The position numbers were made by a program, and so were the translations under genes. From a virus: a stretch of 64,000 bases of DNA. Under the pieces are notes generated by a model. It worked only from the letters and a program-made list of their open reading frames with translations, did not search any database and was not told the origin of the DNA. The stretch covers positions 1 through 64,000 of the IMG/VR virus record IMGVR_UViG_3300030108_001677; one strand, written 5' to 3'. Positions 27,797 to 38,604 of this stretch are shown one piece after another. Numbering within the stretch: position 1 is the first letter of the stretch; each line of letters starts with the position of its first letter.

Positions 27797-28924
27797 TCAA
27801 TACCCCGCATGTGTATATGTAACTTCGACTTGACCACCGGCAGGTGGTATGGGCTGTAATGTTGTTATTGTTTTACCCACTACATTGTAATGCACACCTT
27901 CAATCAAAATTAATGGACCCGTCATGGGGTTTGGTGCGGGCACTGTAATCAAATGCAAATTGTTAACTTGAGATAGTAATGGCTCAAACGACAACAAAGG
28001 CGCACACACACCGGGTGCGGCTGGTAAGGTAATCAATTCCTTTTCCATACGGTGAACAGGCGTTATTTGGTAAGAGCCACCGTTACCTACACCAACTGCT
28101 TGGTCGGATTGGAAAAACAAGTGCGTTTGCCCAGCACCGTGTGGTTGAGTATTGGCTGGCGAATGCCCAGTCGGATCTCTTGTATAGAAAACACCCATGC
28201 CATTAACAGGCAAGTTTCCAGCGTTCAAAGCGGGTGTTAAGGAGTAATCATTCAACGGGTCGGTTGGGTTGCCGCCAGCATTTACTAATTTAGTCAAGGG
28301 TATAGGACCGCCACGAATGAACATGCGCTTATCTTCTATGGCGGCTACATTCAAAGGATTAGCGAAGGCAACACGCAGTGCGCCCAATACTACTGATTGT
28401 TTGACAAGGTGTGAATATGGCATTTGTGGATATACGCCAGTGGTGGTGTCCACAATATCACCACAAACCAAACCTATGTTGTTTGTTCCATTCAATTCGG
28501 GGTCAACTATGACAAGAACCCAGCATTCTTGATTTGCTTGTGAAGGCAAAACCATACCTGCGGCATTGAATCGTGAATTGTAATAACCGGCAGTATCAAC
28601 ATTGAAGGCATTTGCTGAACCAACAGTGTAAAAACATCCGTCAAGACACGCAACACCCTGATCGACAAAGATAGAGTTAGTGCCACCACCACTGTTTGGC
28701 CTCACCACACAATTACCTACAACGGGATTGTTTCTATCAGTGCCGCCACTGTCTTGTGAGTAATTTGTTAGATTGATTGGCACTACTCCATTAGTAATAC
28801 CACGCTCAACCATATTCGTCAAGGTGGCTGACGACAAAACATCCGTATCACGCAAGCCATCGGATTGCCATGTGGCACCCGTTCCTGTTTTCTCATGTCC
28901 TTCATTGAGTCCTGTTGTGCCCAT
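27797..28924 (-). CDS. Putative tail/baseplate structural protein
   Basis: Distal end of the tail operon; G/N/P/V-rich beta composition. Confidence 0.6.
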   Translation of the reverse strand: MGTTGLNEGHEKTGTGATWQSDGLRDTDVLSSATLTNMVERGITNGVVPINLTNYSQDSGGTDRNNPVVGNCVVRPNSGGGTNSIFVDQGVACLDGCFYTVGSANAFNVDTAGYYNSRFNAAGMVLPSQANQECWVLVIVDPELNGTNNIGLVCGDIVDTTTGVYPQMPYSHLVKQSVVLGALRVAFANPLNVAAIEDKRMFIRGGPIPLTKLVNAGGNPTDPLNDYSLTPALNAGNLPVNGMGVFYTRDPTGHSPANTQPHGAGQTHLFFQSDQAVGVGNGGSYQITPVHRMEKELITLPAAPGVCAPLLSFEPLLSQVNNLHLITVPAPNPMTGPLILIEGVHYNVVGKTITTLQPIPPAGGQVEVTYTHAGY

Positions 28925-29265
28925 TATCTCACTTCCATGACGACATCTATTCTTACTTCATTGGTAGCATTTTTACTGATAGGAATGAAAGACGACCTAA
29001 ACGCTGGGTTGTCTAATGGTGTGTTACCGTGTATAACTACTTCTTTGATTGCTTGTGCCGATACTTGGTCTGTTCCAAACAGTGCATTCACTGATATGGT
29101 TCTATCATCAACACGCTGAACAACTGGTGTTTTGGTTAGTGCTACATTACCCACACCGTTGTTTCTCCTTGAGGCTTCACCGCCCGTTGTTCCAAGACTC
29201 ATGTTTTTCACAAGGGTCTGTAAATGGTCTGTTAATTTTGCTTTGATTGAATCTAATATTGGCAT
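28924..29265 (-). CDS. Putative small tail protein
   Basis: TAATG coupling; context. Confidence 0.6.
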   Translation of the reverse strand: MPILDSIKAKLTDHLQTLVKNMSLGTTGGEASRRNNGVGNVALTKTPVVQRVDDRTISVNALFGTDQVSAQAIKEVVIHGNTPLDNPAFRSSFIPISKNATNEVRIDVVMEVR

Positions 29266-32200
29266 TATCGCACCTCGTAAAACACCGACTTAGAATGACC
29301 CAATGGGTCTGCCCTGTTAGAACTTACCCTTAATTCGGTGTTGTCGGGTATAGTTACTAAGTTATTCGCAGTGAGCGTAATTTGTGTGGCTGAAACAGGG
29401 TTGCTCGCAACCACACCAACAAACTGACCATCAGCCAAATACACACCGTCATTCGCTTTGAAACGCTGTCGTGGATCTTTACCATCCACAGTGATAAAGG
29501 TGGTAGTGTTGGCATTGATAGCACCATTCTTCAACACACCAGTAAGACCACCTTTCACACCAATAGCACCCAACTGGCTTGTTTGTTCAGTGTTTCGCCA
29601 CCTACCACCAATCAATAATCTATTGTTGAGAACAAATCGTGTCAAGATTCTTTGGGCTGATAGTATGCGAACAGTGTCCGACATACTTACTGATACCTGC
29701 TCACTAAATTCACCCGTTGGTTTCTCACTGGTAGTTTGTAATGACGACAAAATATCAGCCAGTAAGCCTTCAATGCCTTTTTCGTATTGACCAATAACCA
29801 TAGATGTCATTCCAGTGGTGCTGTCGTGTGTTGTTTCAAACACTGCGAACAAGCCTTTGATACCTTCGTTTGTGAAGTCCACTGCTATGATTTCACCGGG
29901 TTCAATGTGGCTGGCACTTACTAATCCATCCACCTTAATCAGCGATGCACCTTGTTCAGTTTTATTCATTATTCTCTTAGCCATTTTCTTTGCTACGGAA
30001 TTAGATGTCAAACCAGCAACAACATTGGTGGATGTCCTTGTAACCCCATTTTCATTACCACTACCACCCATTTGCTTTATCTTTTCCAAGTCTTTTATTT
30101 CCGCACGCACCTTTTCATTTTGAGCAAGTCTTTCTCCCTCAACAATTACATGGTTTGCCATTTCCAACATAGCACTGACTTCTATGTTTTGAGGACCGCT
30201 ACTTGTTCCAAGTCGCTTTTCTTTAGCCACAAAAGCATCCTTTGAGTATAGTATGATACCTGTGCTATCCATTACTAATTGTCTATCATCGAATTGAGAT
30301 AGTGAGCGCAAAACCTCCATCAATCCAACTCCGGTCATATCACGATCTGTAAATACACTACTGTGTTCAATGGTAGCATATAATGATGGGTGGGCATTCA
30401 AGTATGCTTCTTGGGATTCTCCAATGTCAAACAACAAAATGCTGTTAAAAATAAGGTCGGTGATTTGATTATCCATTTTTTGTGACAATACTGGTTCGTA
30501 TGGCAATAAGTCGGCACCATCGAGAGTATCTTCGACATCTTTCAATAACAACAAAGCGGCATCGGTGGTTCTTACCCCAACGCTCATGTAATGTGCGAGT
30601 CTAACATATCCGTCTAAGGCAACACCGGAGTCTGCAAGTGAATTTTCTGTAAGGTTACGGAATTTTAGTGTGTTGTCAACAGCACCCGATATTCTCCATC
30701 GGTTTCTTGAGGCATCAAGCAAATACGGGGAGAAGTGATTTGTTGAAAGAGCCTTGCCGTCAATATATACGGTGCTTAGACCACCTGTGCCCGGTTTGCG
30801 TATGTAAGACAATGTTCCTTCTTTGTTTCCATCGTTTAGCACGAAACGCTGGGGAGTTAGCATCGTGAAATCGGATGGTTCGTAGTGCCCTATCCCACGA
30901 TATGATATTGCGGTGGATAGTGTAGTATCATCAAGTGGACTGGTAGCCTCCCACTTTTCTATTTCATACCCCGCCATTGTTATAGCGTTATCCACTAACG
31001 AAGGCAAGACTACAAGTGAGTGACCTGCTGGATATGTGTGTGCTATTGTGGATTTTATGGTAGCCGATGGGTTCTTTCCAAATATTACCTCCCTACCCGA
31101 TAAGTCATTTATAGCAAGACAGTCACCTGTTGATGATGAAATAATAAAAGTGGTTTCAGTCCTTGAAGTGTAAAGTAATGAACCACTTAGACCTATGATT
31201 ACTAATGCCCCCGAAGTCGGAAATCCTGTTGCATCTTCAACCGTCAATACATTACCAGCGTCAACCCGAATGGTAGTCCTTGAGCCGAGTGTTGTCATTG
31301 TGTGATCTGCTTGAGAAGTCACGGCAATCTCATCATTTGCCATTCGCAAATATGGGCGCATCCTTCTATGTTGGTCTGTGTAATTGAGTCCGGTTTTGAT
31401 TTCCGTTTGAGAAACTACATGGCCGCCACCGGGATGTGTGCTTTGAGAGTATCTTGCGTCAATTGTAGTGTCCAATTGCCCATTTTGGTTACGCCTTGCG
31501 GCATCGGATTTGAAGTGTTGAAGCATGTTTGCGCTCGGTATCAAATGCCAAATTTCATCTCTATCATTACCATCCGGCCATGTCATAACTGGCGACTTAT
31601 CATCAATTGCAGTGATAGGTTCGATGAAACCTTTTTGTTTGTTGTTGTTTAACTCAAACATACCATATCGTTTGTCACGGGTGAATGGTTGATGAGCGTT
31701 ACCCGATTGTGATAGTGTGCTAAACCCACCAAGCAACCACCCGTCTTGGCCTAAATCATTAGCATCGTCTTGTCTTGACGACCAGCCAAAGACCTTCAAT
31801 GGCCTTACCATACGCATGATGTAGTGTGCTTCTTTACGCACTGGTTGTAAAGTGGCAGATGCCTGTGCTTGTGTGAAGTCAATGTTAGCCAAATCACCAA
31901 CGGGGGTGACAGAACGCATTTTATTCTTATTATCTCTATACTCTAACCATTCTCGTTTCAAGATATATACACCACCCCACGGTGGCAAATCACCACAACC
32001 TCTAACTGCCCAATGGTCTTGTATGTGTTCAGTAAAATTAGATACGGTGTCGCCTTGCACTGGATTTCCTAAATTGGTTTTATTATTCAAACACCATTGG
32101 GGATAATCTTGTCTTAGGTTGGCATTACTTACACCGCCGTATGTTCCTTCAAAGGTTGAAGCGTTAAGTCTTGATGAACCAGCATTTTTCGACATGACGG

Positions 32201-35200
32201 TTTCCGTAACATAGGATGGAGTCAATGGGAAATGTTGCCCTATCGCCAAATCACTGTGCAAAGAAACAGCCTTTGTGCTGGTAACAAGATATTCTTCATT
32301 CTTGTTGTCTTTCCTTTCACTATTGGTTTCAACAACCATACCAAGTCTTGGTGATAAGTCGGATTGGACTTGTCTGTGATCGGCTATCTCGGATAATGGA
32401 ATCGGCATTACGCCCCTTTCAGCACTTGTTCCACCCGTAGCGTCTTTCATGTTTAATGACCGACCCCAATTGTTGGCTGGGTAATGGACTAAATCTCCGC
32501 TTGTTTGGGCGTGGTCGGTTGGGTGTGCGTTAAGATGCAGGTTGTTACCTTTGTATGTTGCTTGATTACCGTTACCAAGTATTGGGTCGGAACCCTCATT
32601 CAACACTTTGGCGTGTAAGAATTTAGCATTGGCACCGGTTGTGTCTGTGATGTTGGTTCTTTCCGCAGTGACTATACCTGCTGGCATCGCTTTGGGAGAT
32701 ACCATACCTAAACTTTCAATTTCTAATGTCCTACCCATACCGACCTTTCTTTCCTTTGGAGTCCACTTATCGTTAGACAACCTTGTGTAGCCTTGTAAAT
32801 CAAATGCTTCGTTAGTATGTTCGCTCATTACTACACCAATAGGAACGGTTCTATGTATTCCATCATTCAATGCTGATGTTTGCCAATCGTCACCAACAGG
32901 CAATTTGTTCATGGTGTCATGTATTCCTCCGTCAAACCTACCCGAAGCCTGTATCTTTTGTTGATTGGTGGCATCAACATTAGGCTTACCTGCAAGCATG
33001 TTCAAAGAGTCACTACCGCTTCGGAAACCAAAGGCTCTTACAGGCAACCTGCGACTCCAATCAACAGCAACCATAGGATTTCTTACTGATGTTACTTCAT
33101 TCCACACATCACTGTTGCTAACATCTTGGTCTAAGATTGAACGGAGAATGTTTTTGGTCGGATTCAACCCATCGCCTATGCCTTCACCACGACTTTTCCT
33201 TCTTGTGTAACCGTAGTAAGAAAAGTGTGGTCGCAATTCAAGTGTTCCTTCGGCCTCATTGATACCATCATGCCCCATTAAAACTGCACCTGCGGCTCTT
33301 TGACCTAAAACACTGCCGTGCCCTGCGGCAAGGAGTCCGTTGTAGCCGTAATTCTGTAACCACTGAAAAGCATATAGCCTTTCAAACGGCATAGCAACCT
33401 TTGGTGTTCCTTCTTGCTGATTACCACCTGCCTCAACATTAGCATTTCTTAACATCAAGCCTCGTAGTGGAGGGGTGTTGATGCCCTTCGGCATACCTGC
33501 ACTTCTATACCGGAATGTCATGTAATGTTCACGGCTTGTGCCAAACAACGCAGGGTGACTATACTCCGCAAGCCATGTGCATAAGAAAGCATCGGGGGTA
33601 GCACCGGAGTTAGTGCCATCAGCCTTCACTAAAGCCAAGTCATTGTGTTCAGCGTTTCTATCGAACCCTGCTGATAATGATTTATCTTTTGGAATAGGCG
33701 ATGCGGAGGCATTGACAAGATCAGGGTCATGTGCTATGAGAGGCGGCACCGTTCCTAACTCCGTTCCTACACGGGGTTGTAACCAACCAGCAGGGTGTCC
33801 ATAATATGTGTTAGTGCATCGGTTTAATAACATGCTACCGGGTTTTCTTTGAAAGTTTTGTAAAGAAGGCTGTGGGCGGCCACCCATTTGTAAATACTGA
33901 TTTAATATAAAGCCGTTCAAGGTAAATTCTTCTCCGGCATTATGTCTATTTGTTACGGTTCTTGATGTTGCTAAATCTAAAGCCACAGCCGCATTGTGGG
34001 CGGCATTACCGTAGCCACCAAAATTCTGTAACTCTTTACCTAAAACATCTTGAACAAAGTGTTGTTGTTCCTTAGCACCTTCGGTGGCAGTATGCTCTTG
34101 GCCGGGTGCAAATAAGATGTCATAATTATCTTTAGGCGCACTGGTAAAAACACGATGGTGGAAAGGCATGGTATTGTTTTTGATTTCACCGTGTGGTAAT
34201 CCATCAGCCGAGAAAGAACCTGCGTTCATGACTTGGTTTCTTACTTCTAATGTATCAAGATAATATGTTGTTGCATTTTGACTGGTGTGTGCTGATTGAA
34301 AGCCCCAGTGTTTGTATTCCGACTCCGCTTCAAACATAAGTGAATATGCCGAACCACTTGAGCGATGCAATTGCCTACGCATAGAAATAGGCGTTCCTCT
34401 TACGGTCATTGGGGTTACGAATGAATGCCCCTGCCTACCAAATCTAATTCGATGGTGTGCTAATTTGTATGCGGCTAAACCTCCATTACCATCAAGCACT
34501 GAACCCCTTTCCACATGATCTGATAATCTATGAGATGCAAACAGTCGTGTGGTGCCGCTTGGTTTGGCACCGGGTGTATTGTTCAAGTCTAAACCAAATT
34601 TGCTGGTCAAAGTATCGTGAAGAATGCGAACAGGATGAAAGTGAAGAACCATGTCGTTTGTGTCAAACTGTGAGGCTTCTCCCTGCGTGGAGTATGGACT
34701 CAACCCTGCTTCAATTACACCCGGCTCATCGGGTCTTGGTATGCTCAATCCACCCATTCCCCAAGATAAGTGTCGCCATGCTTGCACCCTATCATGACCC
34801 GAATATACGAGAATGTTACCCGGTATCTCATCTTGACTCGGTAAGCGTAATTGCAGGTTAGGTTCAATACCACTGTTTGGCGATGAGGGCACTGTTGTTT
34901 CTTGATTGGTTGCAGGATCTATGCGTGATTGTTTGTAATTGTAATCTCTAATAACTGTGCCAAACGGTGAACCTCCCTCAAGCACTAACTCGGCACCGGT
35001 ATCATCAACTACCGGTATTGAATCAAATACTCTTTCTTCATTTGGTATTTGTAATCCTTTTACCCGTTCAGTGTTGACATCCCTTACAACTCTATACGGC
35101 CTGTGTATATGTCCAGCACCACCTGTTGGTAAAGAATTTATGCCCCTTATCAAACTACCAGTTTTTAGACTATGGTAATTTACTGCTTTATTTTTACTCA

Positions 35201-38200
35201 AGTCGTTATTTGTCATGGTTGTAAATTCGGTGTATTCATCGGTATTTCCGTTACGCAATACGGAGAACCGTGAATCTAAAACTCCACCATCCTCAAATGC
35301 CACTTTCCATTTACTGGTTTGCTTTGCCTTGAAAAGCATCTCCCCATGTTGAAGTGTGGTTGCTACATTTTGAGTCAAGGTTATTGTGGGTGCGGCTCGA
35401 TACAATTGCGTTCCTGTTGGTATATCTTCAACAAGGCTGGAAAACAACACCCTTGAGAATGTGACACCGTTGACTACTCTTTCATCTAAGACACCTTTGA
35501 TGATACCATACAGTTTGCCGTTAATATCAACCACTTGTGCTAAGTTACCCACTGATTGATTGACATAATCAGTCAATAATAAATTGCCCCCATAGGTTTG
35601 ATTGTCTATACTTTTTATGCCAGCGTTAGATTTTACCACTAAGTGTCTATCGGTGGTAGCATGTTCAGTCGTAAATGCGTTCAGTGTGCTTGTAGCATTT
35701 TCAAAATCTAATGTTGGTTTGTAAAACGCTGTTCCTTTGTTTATTGTCGTGGCGTTAGTGCCGGGTTGGATTGCCTCTAGATCGGCACCTGCAAAAGTAA
35801 GAGTCTTTTCGGTAAGAGATTCACCAAGTATTGATTGGTTATTGGCTAATCTCAAGTTAACATTTTCAACAGCATTCATTCTATAAGTGTGGGTGCTGGT
35901 GCTTAGGTTACTTGCCAGTGTGATTGTCCAATGTTTGGTGGCTCTTGTCCTTAGCCCAAATTGATAGGGCACCAATGTCAAAGCAATCAAGTTATTTTCG
36001 GCAAGTGTTATGCGTGTTTTTGTCACGCTCGCTATTGTGCCCACTTCGGAACCGGCATTTGTTTCTAAAATAGCACCCGGAACAATCCCTCTTTGTCTTA
36101 AATCTTGCATTAATATGTTGGGTTCAAATTCTAATTGTGTGGTTGTTTGTGCGCCAACGGTAGTGCCCACACCCAACCCCATCGAAGCCTGTGACATGAA
36201 TGCACTTATGGCTTGAGAATAAGATGTTTGTTGGATTTCCGATATTGTTCCAATATACGCTGGTGTGTATAACACGGTGCCCCCTGCTATGGCTGAATTG
36301 TATGCTGAATGCAAAACTATTGTAGTGGCAGTGACGCTTTTTACTACGCCTATGAAAATGTTACTTACTCCATTCACACTGTATATTCTTTCACCTACCT
36401 TTATGCGGTCGCCAAATTGACCTGCTGATAAAGGATTTATGTTACCACCACCACTGTTCAATGTGATGGTGTCCGTATTTTGTGTAAATGCACTAACAGT
36501 AACTTCAGTCTTATACAGCGTATGTTCCGAGTATATCCTTTCACCTTCATGGTATATCAAATTAGGATCGGTGCCATCAACAACTATTGTGTTTATGTCT
36601 TGGGCACTTGATGGTTCTATTGCGTTGCCCGATTCTGTATGAATCTCACAGCCACTAAAGCCAAAACCGGGTGCAAAGCGTTTCACGACTGTTGTTATGG
36701 GTATTGTTCCAATCAAGGTGTCACTATCTGTTCTAACTTCATCTCCCAAATTGAATACAGCATTTGCTTGACCACCTTCTTGGTCGGCAAGTATGGTGCT
36801 TAAATCTCCTGTGCCGTGACTGTTACCCGTTGGGAATGGGTTGAATGTCCTACCTTCAAACCTGTAAATCTTAGTGCCGACTTTCATGCCACTGTCTATA
36901 TTCTTCGGTCCTACTGCTGTCAATCCTGTTGGCGTAGTTTCGCTGATGGTTGATATTGTTCCTATCTCCAAAGCATCGGCAGTGTAAATTTTATCCCCAT
37001 CCTCAAAGTGTGCTTTTACGGTGGTTGCAGGGGTCAATATCGGAATACTTGTGCCGGTTGTAATATCGGCATTTGCCGAAACTACACAGTTTGTGCTAAA
37101 CGGTCCGGCTGTATCTAATTCAGTGCCGTGTTCATTGTCGGTAATATACAATGAATCTGTATTCACAAGTGTATTGCCGAGAACATCTTGCCCCCGCCAC
37201 TGATATGGATCGACTTCACTTGAACCCATGATGTTTGGTCCGTCAAATGGCATATCCGGTGGCGGCATATCGGGCATCGTGCATGAGTTAAGACCCTCTA
37301 TGGAAAATCGTGAATAACCATGACCTGTGCTGTGAGTTTGAGGCTGTGCCCCTCTTGAATCCGCATTGACATTTGGCAACCCCATGTTGCCTCCATCCAT
37401 TGGTTTCGCTGTTAGATGCCACACTGGTAAATCAACACCAAGACCTTGAACAATCGGACCTCCATTTGCTGTTCCCCAATACCCACCACCTGTTGGTGTG
37501 TCTTGTTCCCACGAAACAACAACAGTGTGTTGTTCACTGGTTTCATTATCAATCAACCATGTTGGATATGAAGATAAAATCGAAAACTGAACATCTCCTA
37601 CTGTTCCACTTGATGTTTCTATTTTTGTAATGTTGAATGATAATGTTGCATCGCTATCTATTTCATACCCATCGTATGTTAGCGTATAGAAACTGACTGG
37701 TTGACCACCACTATCTTGAATTGATGAAGCCGGATTGCCTCTAATCGTGCCACGCTTAGGAATATCGGTTGGCATATTACGATTGAAACCTGTAAATGTT
37801 CGCCTGTTAGGGGTGCCTATTTGCATCAAACGCAATAAGCCGCCTCTAACCGGTTGAGCGTTGCTCAAACCCACTGCAATTGGCTCATAGAACCTAACTT
37901 GTGCGCCTTGTATTTCCATTATCTTTCCTATATATTCATTGTTTAGGGTGTATAGGCTGGTGTTTGGTGATAAATAACCACCGATACCGTAATTGAAAGT
38001 CAATGTTGTTGTCGAGCCAGCAACATGGTTTCCGCTTACCTGCAATACACCTTGACCAACATTCAAACCAGCACCGTATAGTTTAATGGGGGCATTTCCA
38101 ATAGTGCTACCATACGCACCATACTGACTATTGCCGGACATCTTTGTGTATCTTGCTCTAAGATACCTGCTGACTGAATGTTGACCTACTTGCCTATGCC

Positions 38201-38600
38201 TACTTGAATTGATGTGAGATGCGATAAGTCGTGCCGCTTCTTCTGTGCCCAAGTCAAATGTTTTGATTGGTATTGCCGAACCATTTGCTCTTGCTGTTGC
38301 ATTTGCCTCCGCCGCCCTTTTCAAATCAATCAACTGAAAGTTTGTTCCATTCCTGTTATCTTCTCCGTTAGTTTGGGCGGCAGTGGTGTCATTCGCTAAC
38401 GGTGTTCTAATTAAGAAATTGATACCCAACTGATTTGTTCCGTTCTTAGCGAATGTCATGTCGGTAGGATCTTCATAAGCAGTATCGGGGTAAGTGAAGT
38501 GAAGGCTGAAATAGCCACTGGCTGTTACACCACTGTCTGTGCCTACTGCTGTCAATTCAGCCGGAAACTCCCGCTTCATGAAAGACAGTCTTTCGCCCAT
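29265..38600 (-). CDS. Giant tail protein (about 3111 aa) with repeated beta modules and C-terminal hub-like region
   Basis: GGTGA SD before ATG 38600; repeated IY-x5-IGTI modules; ANHVIVEG...IEPGEII hub-like segment. Confidence 0.75.
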   Translation of the reverse strand: MGERLSFMKREFPAELTAVGTDSGVTASGYFSLHFTYPDTAYEDPTDMTFAKNGTNQLGINFLIRTPLANDTTAAQTNGEDNRNGTNFQLIDLKRAAEANATARANGSAIPIKTFDLGTEEAARLIASHINSSRHRQVGQHSVSRYLRARYTKMSGNSQYGAYGSTIGNAPIKLYGAGLNVGQGVLQVSGNHVAGSTTTLTFNYGIGGYLSPNTSLYTLNNEYIGKIMEIQGAQVRFYEPIAVGLSNAQPVRGGLLRLMQIGTPNRRTFTGFNRNMPTDIPKRGTIRGNPASSIQDSGGQPVSFYTLTYDGYEIDSDATLSFNITKIETSSGTVGDVQFSILSSYPTWLIDNETSEQHTVVVSWEQDTPTGGGYWGTANGGPIVQGLGVDLPVWHLTAKPMDGGNMGLPNVNADSRGAQPQTHSTGHGYSRFSIEGLNSCTMPDMPPPDMPFDGPNIMGSSEVDPYQWRGQDVLGNTLVNTDSLYITDNEHGTELDTAGPFSTNCVVSANADITTGTSIPILTPATTVKAHFEDGDKIYTADALEIGTISTISETTPTGLTAVGPKNIDSGMKVGTKIYRFEGRTFNPFPTGNSHGTGDLSTILADQEGGQANAVFNLGDEVRTDSDTLIGTIPITTVVKRFAPGFGFSGCEIHTESGNAIEPSSAQDINTIVVDGTDPNLIYHEGERIYSEHTLYKTEVTVSAFTQNTDTITLNSGGGNINPLSAGQFGDRIKVGERIYSVNGVSNIFIGVVKSVTATTIVLHSAYNSAIAGGTVLYTPAYIGTISEIQQTSYSQAISAFMSQASMGLGVGTTVGAQTTTQLEFEPNILMQDLRQRGIVPGAILETNAGSEVGTIASVTKTRITLAENNLIALTLVPYQFGLRTRATKHWTITLASNLSTSTHTYRMNAVENVNLRLANNQSILGESLTEKTLTFAGADLEAIQPGTNATTINKGTAFYKPTLDFENATSTLNAFTTEHATTDRHLVVKSNAGIKSIDNQTYGGNLLLTDYVNQSVGNLAQVVDINGKLYGIIKGVLDERVVNGVTFSRVLFSSLVEDIPTGTQLYRAAPTITLTQNVATTLQHGEMLFKAKQTSKWKVAFEDGGVLDSRFSVLRNGNTDEYTEFTTMTNNDLSKNKAVNYHSLKTGSLIRGINSLPTGGAGHIHRPYRVVRDVNTERVKGLQIPNEERVFDSIPVVDDTGAELVLEGGSPFGTVIRDYNYKQSRIDPATNQETTVPSSPNSGIEPNLQLRLPSQDEIPGNILVYSGHDRVQAWRHLSWGMGGLSIPRPDEPGVIEAGLSPYSTQGEASQFDTNDMVLHFHPVRILHDTLTSKFGLDLNNTPGAKPSGTTRLFASHRLSDHVERGSVLDGNGGLAAYKLAHHRIRFGRQGHSFVTPMTVRGTPISMRRQLHRSSGSAYSLMFEAESEYKHWGFQSAHTSQNATTYYLDTLEVRNQVMNAGSFSADGLPHGEIKNNTMPFHHRVFTSAPKDNYDILFAPGQEHTATEGAKEQQHFVQDVLGKELQNFGGYGNAAHNAAVALDLATSRTVTNRHNAGEEFTLNGFILNQYLQMGGRPQPSLQNFQRKPGSMLLNRCTNTYYGHPAGWLQPRVGTELGTVPPLIAHDPDLVNASASPIPKDKSLSAGFDRNAEHNDLALVKADGTNSGATPDAFLCTWLAEYSHPALFGTSREHYMTFRYRSAGMPKGINTPPLRGLMLRNANVEAGGNQQEGTPKVAMPFERLYAFQWLQNYGYNGLLAAGHGSVLGQRAAGAVLMGHDGINEAEGTLELRPHFSYYGYTRRKSRGEGIGDGLNPTKNILRSILDQDVSNSDVWNEVTSVRNPMVAVDWSRRLPVRAFGFRSGSDSLNMLAGKPNVDATNQQKIQASGRFDGGIHDTMNKLPVGDDWQTSALNDGIHRTVPIGVVMSEHTNEAFDLQGYTRLSNDKWTPKERKVGMGRTLEIESLGMVSPKAMPAGIVTAERTNITDTTGANAKFLHAKVLNEGSDPILGNGNQATYKGNNLHLNAHPTDHAQTSGDLVHYPANNWGRSLNMKDATGGTSAERGVMPIPLSEIADHRQVQSDLSPRLGMVVETNSERKDNKNEEYLVTSTKAVSLHSDLAIGQHFPLTPSYVTETVMSKNAGSSRLNASTFEGTYGGVSNANLRQDYPQWCLNNKTNLGNPVQGDTVSNFTEHIQDHWAVRGCGDLPPWGGVYILKREWLEYRDNKNKMRSVTPVGDLANIDFTQAQASATLQPVRKEAHYIMRMVRPLKVFGWSSRQDDANDLGQDGWLLGGFSTLSQSGNAHQPFTRDKRYGMFELNNNKQKGFIEPITAIDDKSPVMTWPDGNDRDEIWHLIPSANMLQHFKSDAARRNQNGQLDTTIDARYSQSTHPGGGHVVSQTEIKTGLNYTDQHRRMRPYLRMANDEIAVTSQADHTMTTLGSRTTIRVDAGNVLTVEDATGFPTSGALVIIGLSGSLLYTSRTETTFIISSSTGDCLAINDLSGREVIFGKNPSATIKSTIAHTYPAGHSLVVLPSLVDNAITMAGYEIEKWEATSPLDDTTLSTAISYRGIGHYEPSDFTMLTPQRFVLNDGNKEGTLSYIRKPGTGGLSTVYIDGKALSTNHFSPYLLDASRNRWRISGAVDNTLKFRNLTENSLADSGVALDGYVRLAHYMSVGVRTTDAALLLLKDVEDTLDGADLLPYEPVLSQKMDNQITDLIFNSILLFDIGESQEAYLNAHPSLYATIEHSSVFTDRDMTGVGLMEVLRSLSQFDDRQLVMDSTGIILYSKDAFVAKEKRLGTSSGPQNIEVSAMLEMANHVIVEGERLAQNEKVRAEIKDLEKIKQMGGSGNENGVTRTSTNVVAGLTSNSVAKKMAKRIMNKTEQGASLIKVDGLVSASHIEPGEIIAVDFTNEGIKGLFAVFETTHDSTTGMTSMVIGQYEKGIEGLLADILSSLQTTSEKPTGEFSEQVSVSMSDTVRILSAQRILTRFVLNNRLLIGGRWRNTEQTSQLGAIGVKGGLTGVLKNGAINANTTTFITVDGKDPRQRFKANDGVYLADGQFVGVVASNPVSATQITLTANNLVTIPDNTELRVSSNRADPLGHSKSVFYEVR

Positions 38601-38604
38601 GTTA

